Assembly: GCA_964246245.1 (NCBI GenBank)
Contig: CAXTQJ010000003.1
Coordinates: 1 to 53,080 of the forward strand
DNA length: 53,080 bases
Direction of reading: 5' to 3'
Origin: an uncultured Sphingomonadaceae bacterium
GTDB taxonomy: Bacteria > Pseudomonadota > Alphaproteobacteria > Sphingomonadales > Sphingomonadaceae
The notes under the pieces are model-generated. The model searched no databases. It worked only from the letters and a program-made list of their open reading frames with translations, and was not told the DNA's origin. Made by a program: the position numbers and the translations under genes. Every line of letters begins with the position of its first letter. The stretch's first letter is position 1. Positions 46,626 through 53,080 of the stretch are shown one piece after another.

Positions 46626-47962
46626 CGGCGGTCGCATCCTCCACCGACCTGCGGCCGACGTTCGCCGCCATGCCGATGACCCGCGGGCAGATCGTCGCCG
46701 TCGCTCTGGCCGTCGTGATCGCCGGGATCGACGGCTACGACACCCAATCGATGGCCTTCGTCGCGCCGGTCGTCAGCAAGGCGTGGAGCATGCCCAAGGC
46801 GACGCTCGGCCTCGTCCTCGCGAGCAGCCTCGTCGGCATGGCCGGAGGGGCGCTCGGGCTGTCCCCGCTCGCCGACATGGTCGGTCGACGTCCAACCATG
46901 CTCGGCGGGCTCGTCCTCGTCACCATCGGCTCGCTCGTCTCGGCGCTGTCGCACTCGGTCGGCCCGCTCGCCGCGAGCCGTGCCATCACCGGGCTCGGCA
47001 TCGGCGCCCTCGTCTCGCTGACGACGGCGCTCGCCGCCGAGTTCGCCAGCGACCGGCGACGGGGCCTGGCCGTCGCGTCGACCACGGTCGGCTTCTCCGC
47101 CGGCGGCCTTATCGGCGGCCTGTCGTCATCGATCATCCTGCGCGGTCACGACTGGTCGTTGGTCTTCGCCATCGGCGCCGGGGCCGGCGGCGCGCTCCTT
47201 CTCGTCGCCGCGGCGATCTTGCCGGAGTCTCCCGCCTTCCTCCTCGACCGCCGTCCGCACGATGCGTTGGCCCGGCTGAACAAGGTCATGCGCCAGCTCG
47301 GGCGGCCGGCCGCAAGCTGGCTCCCCGACGTCCCGGTGCAACGGCGGGTAGCGTACCGCGCGCTGCTGGCGCCGGGGCTGCGCGGGCCGACCCTGCGCTT
47401 CGCGCTCGTCTACCTGCTGATGGTGACGTCGGCCTATTATCTGCTCAGCTGGCTGCCACAATTGGTCAGCGATGCCGGGTTCTCGCCGTCGACCGCGAGC
47501 CTCGTCGCCGCCGTCTCGACCATCGTCGGCATTCCGGCGGGTCTGATCTTCGGTGCGTTCGCGGAGCGGATCGGGCCGATGCGGCTGGCGGCGACGGCGA
47601 TGATCGGCTTCGGCCTGTCGCTCGGCGCGCTCGGCCTCGTCCCGCCGGTGCTTGGCCTGTTGGTCGCGACCGCCACCGCGTGCGGCTTCTTCCTCGCGGC
47701 GTCGACCGCCGTGTTCTACGCCGCCATGACCGCCGCCTTCCCGGCGCTGGTGCGCGTGTCGGGGATCGGCTTCGTCATGGGCTTCGGGCGCTTGTTCAGC
47801 GGCGCCGGCCCGTTCCTCGGCGGGGCGCTGTTCGCCGCCGGCTGGACGCGCACCGGCGTTTCGCTGACCTTCGCCGGCCTCGCCATCGTCGCCGGGGCGC
47901 TGCTGGCCGCCGGCCTCCGTTCCGGACGGCTCGCCCTGCCGGCGCCACGGTCCGTCGCTTGA
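46622..47962 (+). CDS. MFS aromatic acid transporter
   Basis: IDGYD, LADMVGRR, RAITGLGIG, LPESP; paralog of 20004..21308. Confidence 0.92.
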   Translation: MTAVASSTDLRPTFAAMPMTRGQIVAVALAVVIAGIDGYDTQSMAFVAPVVSKAWSMPKATLGLVLASSLVGMAGGALGLSPLADMVGRRPTMLGGLVLVTIGSLVSALSHSVGPLAASRAITGLGIGALVSLTTALAAEFASDRRRGLAVASTTVGFSAGGLIGGLSSSIILRGHDWSLVFAIGAGAGGALLLVAAAILPESPAFLLDRRPHDALARLNKVMRQLGRPAASWLPDVPVQRRVAYRALLAPGLRGPTLRFALVYLLMVTSAYYLLSWLPQLVSDAGFSPSTASLVAAVSTIVGIPAGLIFGAFAERIGPMRLAATAMIGFGLSLGALGLVPPVLGLLVATATACGFFLAASTAVFYAAMTAAFPALVRVSGIGFVMGFGRLFSGAGPFLGGALFAAGWTRTGVSLTFAGLAIVAGALLAAGLRSGRLALPAPRSVA

Positions 47963-47967
47963 CGCAG

Positions 47968-49101
47968 ATGAGGTCCGGCATGGTGTCCGCGCAATCGGCC
48001 TTGATCATCGGCGGCGGCATCGCCGGGCTGGCGGCGGCGATCGCGCTCGCGCGGGCCGGGGTCGGATGCGAGGTCGTGGAGCTCGCCGACGCTCCGCTCG
48101 GCGCCTCGCTCGGCATCTCCGGCCGCGCCGCCGAGGCCCTGGCCGACCTCGGCGTCTACGACGAATGCTACGCGACCGGGACGCCGTGGACGCGCGAGAC
48201 GACCGCGGCCCACCTCATGGACGCGACGGGCAAACTCATCAGCACGGGGCCGCAGCGACCCGACTGGCCGGGAGCGAAGACCGCCATCGGGGTCTATCGC
48301 CCCGTCTTCCTCACGATCCTGGCCGACGAGGCGCGGCGGCTGGGGGCCACGCTGCGCCACGGCATCACGGCGCGGGCGATCGACGCCGACACCGGGGCGG
48401 TCGAATTTACCGACGGGACGCACGGATCGTACGATCTGATCGTCGGCGCCGACGGCATCGGCTCGCCGACGCGGGTAATGGTGTTTCCCGACGCGCCGGC
48501 GCCCGCCTATTCGGGGCAGATGAGCATCCGCTGGATGGTCGAGGGGCCGCCGATCGACGGCGAAGGCTGGTACGTCGGACCGGTCGGGCGGATCGGCTTC
48601 TATCATCTGCCGCAGGGGCTGACGTATGCCCCGGCCGTGATTACCTCGGCGGAGTGGCGGCGGCGATCACCGGAAGAGGTGCTCGCGCTGTTCACCGATC
48701 TGCTCGATTCGTACACCGCGCCAGCCATCGTCGAGCTGCGCCGCCGCCTGACCGCCGACGCCGATCTCATCTGCCGGCCGTTCGAATGGCTGTTGGTCGC
48801 GCCGCCGTGGTACCGTGGCCGAGTGTTGCTGATCGGCGACGCCGCGCACGCGACGACGGCCCATCTCGGCATGGGCGGCGGCATGGCCCTCGAGGACGCG
48901 GTCGTCCTTGGGGAGTGCATCGCCGCCGCGACCTCGCTCGGCGACGCCTTGGCGGCGTTCACGGCGCGGCGTTACGACCGCGTTCGCACGGTCGTCGAGA
49001 CGAGCGTCGATTTGTCCCGGCTCGAACAGGCGAAAGCTCCGTCGTCCGAGAACGTCGCGCTGATCGGCGCGGCGCTGCGCGCCATTGCCGCGCCGTATTA
49101 A
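47968..49101 (+). CDS. FAD-dependent monooxygenase (class A)
   Basis: GGGIAG, VGADGIGS, LIGDAAHATTAHLGMGGGMALEDA. Confidence 0.92.
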   Translation: MRSGMVSAQSALIIGGGIAGLAAAIALARAGVGCEVVELADAPLGASLGISGRAAEALADLGVYDECYATGTPWTRETTAAHLMDATGKLISTGPQRPDWPGAKTAIGVYRPVFLTILADEARRLGATLRHGITARAIDADTGAVEFTDGTHGSYDLIVGADGIGSPTRVMVFPDAPAPAYSGQMSIRWMVEGPPIDGEGWYVGPVGRIGFYHLPQGLTYAPAVITSAEWRRRSPEEVLALFTDLLDSYTAPAIVELRRRLTADADLICRPFEWLLVAPPWYRGRVLLIGDAAHATTAHLGMGGGMALEDAVVLGECIAAATSLGDALAAFTARRYDRVRTVVETSVDLSRLEQAKAPSSENVALIGAALRAIAAPY

Positions 49102-49113
49102 GCGGGAACCCTC

Positions 49114-49839
49114 ATGGCCGATGTCGCCATCGTCGCACCGGCGGGTACCGTTCCCGCCTACGTGGTGGAGCCCGAAGGTGCCGGGCCGTGGCCGGGCGTC
49201 GTCGTCATCCACGACGCCTATGGCGCGGGCGACAACCTGAAGCGCCATGCCGACTGGCTGGCCGATGTCGGCTACCTCGCGGTCGCCCCCGATCTGCTTC
49301 ACTGGAGCAGGAAGTTCACCTGCCTGCGTGCGATCTTGCGTGACCTTGCCGCCAGGCGTGGACGCAGCTTCGACGATATCGAAGCGACGCGCCGCTGGAT
49401 GGCGCAGCGGCCCGACTGCACCGGCCGGATCGGGGTCATCGGCTTCTGCATGGGCGGAGCGTTCGCGATGCTCCTGGCTCCACGCGGCGACTATGCCGCC
49501 GCCGCGCCGAACTACGGCAAGGTTCCGACCGACGCCGACACTCTGTTCGCCGGGTCGTGCCCGGTGGTCGGCAGTTTCGGCGCGCGTGATCCGACCTTGC
49601 CGCGCGCCGCCGCGAAGCTCGAGCACGCGCTGGCGCTGAACGGCATCGACCACGACGTGAAGAACTATGGCCATGCCAGCCACGGGTTCCTCGACGACCA
49701 TTCGCGCGACCGCCTGCCGCTGCCGCTCGTCATCGTGAAGAAGGTCCTCGACATCGGCTACGATGAAATCGCCGCGGCCGACGCCAAGCAGCGGATCGCC
49801 GCCTTCTTCGACCGCCACCTGGCCGGCGTGCCGGCCTGA
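49114..49839 (+). CDS. Dienelactone hydrolase family protein
   Basis: PGVVVIHD, GFCMGG, HGF. Confidence 0.93.
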   Translation: MADVAIVAPAGTVPAYVVEPEGAGPWPGVVVIHDAYGAGDNLKRHADWLADVGYLAVAPDLLHWSRKFTCLRAILRDLAARRGRSFDDIEATRRWMAQRPDCTGRIGVIGFCMGGAFAMLLAPRGDYAAAAPNYGKVPTDADTLFAGSCPVVGSFGARDPTLPRAAAKLEHALALNGIDHDVKNYGHASHGFLDDHSRDRLPLPLVIVKKVLDIGYDEIAAADAKQRIAAFFDRHLAGVPA

Positions 49840-49927
49840 CCGCGATGGCGACGGCAGCCCATCACTGGAGCCCGAAGATGACGGGTCGACGACCGATGAA
49901 GGCAGCGAACTGGCAAAGGGGGCGATC

Positions 49928-50779
49928 ATGCGACTGGTAAGGTTCAGCGACAACGGACGGGTCCGTCTGGGGGCGGTCAGAGACGAGGTCATCGTCCCGC
50001 TCGATGCCCTGGTCGGCGAGTATCCGACCATGCTCGCGATCGTCGGCGGCGGCGACGCGGCGCTGGCGCAGGTCCGTGGGGTCGTCGACGCGGCCACCGA
50101 CACCATCCCGCTCGCCGGCGCGACGCTGCTCGCGCCGATCGAGACGCCGGGCAAGTATCTCGCCATCGGCATGAATCATAGCAAGCACATCGCCGAGGCC
50201 GCGCGACTTGGCGTCGAGACGCCAGCCCATCAGTTCTGGTTCAACAAGCAGACGTCGTGTCTGTCCGGACCGTTCGATCCGATCAACCCCGGCGTGACCG
50301 AGCAGCTCGACTACGAAGTCGAGCTGTGCGTCGTCATCGGCCGCGCCGCGAAGGGCGTGAGCGAGGCCGAGGCCAAAGACCATGTCTTCGGCTACACCGT
50401 GGCCAACGACATCTCGGCGCGCGACTGGCAGCGGCATTCGCCGACCTTCACCGTCGGCAAGTCGTTCGACACCCATGGCCCGCTCGGCCCATGGATCGTC
50501 ACCGCCGACGAGATCGCCGATCCGCATGCGCTGAGGCTGCGCTGCCTCGTCAACGGCGAGACGCGGCAGGACGGCGACACCAGCCAGATGGTCGCCAACA
50601 TCTGGGCCCAAATCGCCTATCTTTCGACGGCATTCACACTCCAACCAGGCGACCTCATTGCTACCGGAACCCCCGATGGTGTTGGAGCCGCCATGCAGCC
50701 GCCGCGCTTCCTTACTATCGGCGATGTCGTCCGTTGCGAGATCGATGGAATCGGTGCAATCGAGAACTTTATTGGCTAA
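49928..50779 (+). CDS. Fumarylacetoacetate hydrolase family protein, paralog of 22902..23753
   Basis: DYEVEL, NDISARDWQ, GKSFDT, TGTPDGVG; same length as its paralog. Confidence 0.95.
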   Translation: MRLVRFSDNGRVRLGAVRDEVIVPLDALVGEYPTMLAIVGGGDAALAQVRGVVDAATDTIPLAGATLLAPIETPGKYLAIGMNHSKHIAEAARLGVETPAHQFWFNKQTSCLSGPFDPINPGVTEQLDYEVELCVVIGRAAKGVSEAEAKDHVFGYTVANDISARDWQRHSPTFTVGKSFDTHGPLGPWIVTADEIADPHALRLRCLVNGETRQDGDTSQMVANIWAQIAYLSTAFTLQPGDLIATGTPDGVGAAMQPPRFLTIGDVVRCEIDGIGAIENFIG

Positions 50780-51481
50780 ATCAACCAGATCGCTGCAAAC
50801 ATTATCGAGAGGGAGGGCGAGTGACAGCCGTGTCGTACTGGGCGCGGTTCTGCACCAGCGCAGATACGTAGGCAAGTATCGAGGGAGCTTGGCAGATCTG
50901 GGCTGCCGTGCGCGCGGGCAAGGTGGTTCCCGCCAATCCGGCTGGACGAATAGTAATACCGCAACGGCTAGCGGCAGCGCTCAACTGGTCGAGTCACTTT
51001 CTAGGCGATTGTGGTCACGACGGCTTAAGGCCATAGGTCTACTATTCGCTACTCAGAAGCCATGTATGAGATCGACAAGTGATCTCGATACTGCGTTGGG
51101 CGACAAACTTTCGGTCGACGGGAACTCCTCTACGTCGATGATAAGATGACAACTCGTTGGTAGGCGGCCCGCGCGGAACAGGAGTTAACGGTTCTGGCAG
51201 ACTACGTCGACTGCGATGAGGACCAGGCTGCGTGTTGCAAGGCGATGGCCAACCTCAAGGCTACCCTCGCGGTGCGGGCATCGAAGCGAGAAATGACCCA
51301 ATCCGCTGAAATGACCCAGTTCTGGCCGTTCGCGGCCTGCTTGCCGCTTCCACCTCGGACATCTGCTCATGTTGGCATAGTATGGGTCCGAGTCCAGGTG
51401 CCAACCAATTGTCAGGTCGGCGTGCTCAAGAACGATGGTGTTTCAGGAAACGCCGTACGCAGCCTTCAGTAACGTCTATAT

Positions 51482-52423
51482 TTACCCTTCGGCGGCCAAC
51501 GTCGTCAGCCGTTCACGCAGCCAGTGTTGTGCCGGATGGTTGGTGGTCCGATCGTGCCAGAAACTCGCGATAGTAAAGCCGGGGATGGTGAGTGGCGGTT
51601 CCACCACCTGCACCCGATCCGACCATCCATCGGCGATCCGCCGTGGGATCAAAGCGATCATGTCGGACCGCGACACGACCTCTGGCACGATCAGAAAGCC
51701 CGACGTGGACAGGGCTACAGTGCGGCGGCGGCCGACGGCCTCCAGTGCCGCATCGGCAGGCCCTGAGAACCCGCCGCCCTCGGGAGACACGACAACGTGC
51801 TCCAAAGCGCTGAACACATCCAGGCTGAGACGGCTCTGCACGGCCGGATGTCCCTGCCGGGCGATTACCGCGTACTCCTCACGAAAGAGCTGGCGTTGAC
51901 GCATGGCCGCCGGTGCATGGTCCGGAGATGCCAGGGCCAAGTCGACCTCGCCGCGCTCCAACTGTGTGGCGAGCGCCAGCACGTCGAGGGCACGCCAGGC
52001 GATGCGGACCATGGGCGCCTCGGCCTTGAGCGCGATCGAGAAGCGGGTGAGCAGTGCATACTGCACATAGTCGCTCGCGGCGATCACCAGGGTGGTCCGC
52101 ATGGTTGCCGGGTTGGACGGCGCTCCATCTGCCACAACCCTGCGGACACCCTCCAGCGCTTCATGCAGTGGCTGCTGAAGCTCGACCGCGCGCTGGGTCA
52201 GGACCATCCCGCGCTGTGCCGGAATGAGGAGGGGATCGCCGAGGGCGTCGCGCAGCCGCGCCAGCCGGGCCGACAAGGCAGGCTGGCTCAGGTTCAGGCG
52301 CCGGGCGGCGCGCGTGACGTTGCCTTCCGCCAGAAGGGCTTCGAGCGTGACGAGCAGGCCGAGATCGAGGTCCTTGGTATCCACATCATAGATAACAACA
52401 GGCAAAAGGATCGATTTCAACAT
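51482..52423 (-). CDS. LysR family regulator (NodD-like)
   Basis: LDLGLLVTLEALL, SQPALSARLARLR, HWLRE; true start may be GTG 52384, overlapped by an ATC-N9-GAT box at 52379-52393. Confidence 0.93.
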   Translation of the reverse strand: MLKSILLPVVIYDVDTKDLDLGLLVTLEALLAEGNVTRAARRLNLSQPALSARLARLRDALGDPLLIPAQRGMVLTQRAVELQQPLHEALEGVRRVVADGAPSNPATMRTTLVIAASDYVQYALLTRFSIALKAEAPMVRIAWRALDVLALATQLERGEVDLALASPDHAPAAMRQRQLFREEYAVIARQGHPAVQSRLSLDVFSALEHVVVSPEGGGFSGPADAALEAVGRRRTVALSTSGFLIVPEVVSRSDMIALIPRRIADGWSDRVQVVEPPLTIPGFTIASFWHDRTTNHPAQHWLRERLTTLAAEG

Positions 52424-52549
52424 CGCGACGTGACGCCCGATATGGCGAACGGCTTCGGATACCCAGGGCCTTCACCATCGCGAGAACGACGTGGCGGCGC
52501 AGGAGCCGTCCGCCATCGAACAAGTTCCCGCCTGACCAGGACAGAAACC

Positions 52550-53080
52550 ATGCGCGCGCCGCCCTTTACACCCGACCAGATGCCGCCGGATGTGCGGGCC
52601 CTCATGACGACATGGTCAAGGTTGCCGATCATCTGACGAATTACGTCATCAAGCGCGACGACGGTGCACTCGTCGGTCCCTTTGCGCCGATGCTGCGCTT
52701 CCCGAAGTTCGGGGGGCCGGCCTGGGCCTACACCAAGGCGCTGCTCGAGAACTCCGAACTGCCCAAGCCGGCGAAAGAGGTAGCCATCCTGGTCACGGGG
52801 GCGGCGTTCAACTCGCGCTTCGAGCTCTACGCTCACGAGTGTGTGGCCGCGGAGGCGGGCCTGAGCGACGCCAAGATCGCCGCGGTCGCAGCCGGCCAGC
52901 GCCCCGCCGATCTGACCGAGGAGGAGCAGGCCTGCTACGACGTGGCCGCGGCGCTGACCGCCGGCAAGCAGCTCCCAGAATCCACCTACCAACGTGCCCT
53001 GAAGGTGTTTGGCGAAGACCAAACGGCCGAGCTGGTCTACTTGGTGGCCGGCTACGGCCTGATCTCGATGCTGCTCAACG
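52550..53080 (+). pseudogene. Carboxymuconolactone decarboxylase/AhpD-like protein, frameshifted near 52603, runs off the window
   Basis: MRAPPFTPDQMPPDVRAL then in another frame DDGALVGPF, KEVAILVTG, FELYAHE, ELVYLVAGY. Confidence 0.75.

Noticed and set aside
46783-49101. 772-aa ORF that could look like an MFS-monooxygenase fusion
   Set aside because: Its N-terminal part is an Arg-rich off-frame shadow of the MFS gene; the real monooxygenase starts near 47968
50780-51480. Small ORFs in the FAH-LysR gap
   Set aside because: No RBS, atypical codon usage and no recognisable domain
1-53080. CRISPR array, rRNA or anti-phage defence genes
   Set aside because: No regularly spaced repeats, rRNA signatures or recognisable cas/defence motifs were seen

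Overview
High-GC alphaproteobacterial accessory region, probably Sphingomonadaceae (inferred from three TonB-dependent receptors, a CYP101-type P450 and a DUF3489/DUF2924/serine-recombinase triad). It is a mosaic of catabolic modules and mobile-element pieces. (1) 1-11.3 kb: cyclic monoterpenoid-type cluster (crotonase, two SDRs, CYP101J-like P450, TetR, SnoaL-like protein, 2,5-diketocamphane-monooxygenase-like flavin monooxygenase, TBDR). It ends in BCCP, biotin carboxylase and a lysine-less BCCP-like gene, with no carboxyltransferase. (2) 11.5-17.1 kb: integrative-element module (DUF3489, DUF2924, large serine recombinase, structured non-coding flanks, unknown genes). (3) 17.3-37 kb: aromatic catabolism (VOC ring-cleavage dioxygenase, FAH, FAD monooxygenase, MFS, Rieske oxygenases, nonsense-interrupted MBL hydrolase, TBDR-BKACE-P450, three GSTs of which two are PcpC-like, hydrolases). 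(4) 37.1-39.1 kb: decayed IS21 next to an IS3 remnant. (5) 39.2-44.7 kb: fully exported operon of TBDR, atypical MBL hydrolase and two paralogous unknown Cys-pair proteins flanking a DUF6152-like protein with a predicted N-terminal His-His. This is the best candidate for an undescribed system. (6) 44.8-53 kb: LysR, a SnoaL-MFS-FAD monooxygenase-dienelactone hydrolase-FAH operon, another LysR and a frameshifted CMD-like gene. No rRNA, tRNA or CRISPR array was seen. All family calls come from motif recognition and recalled sequences, not database searches.
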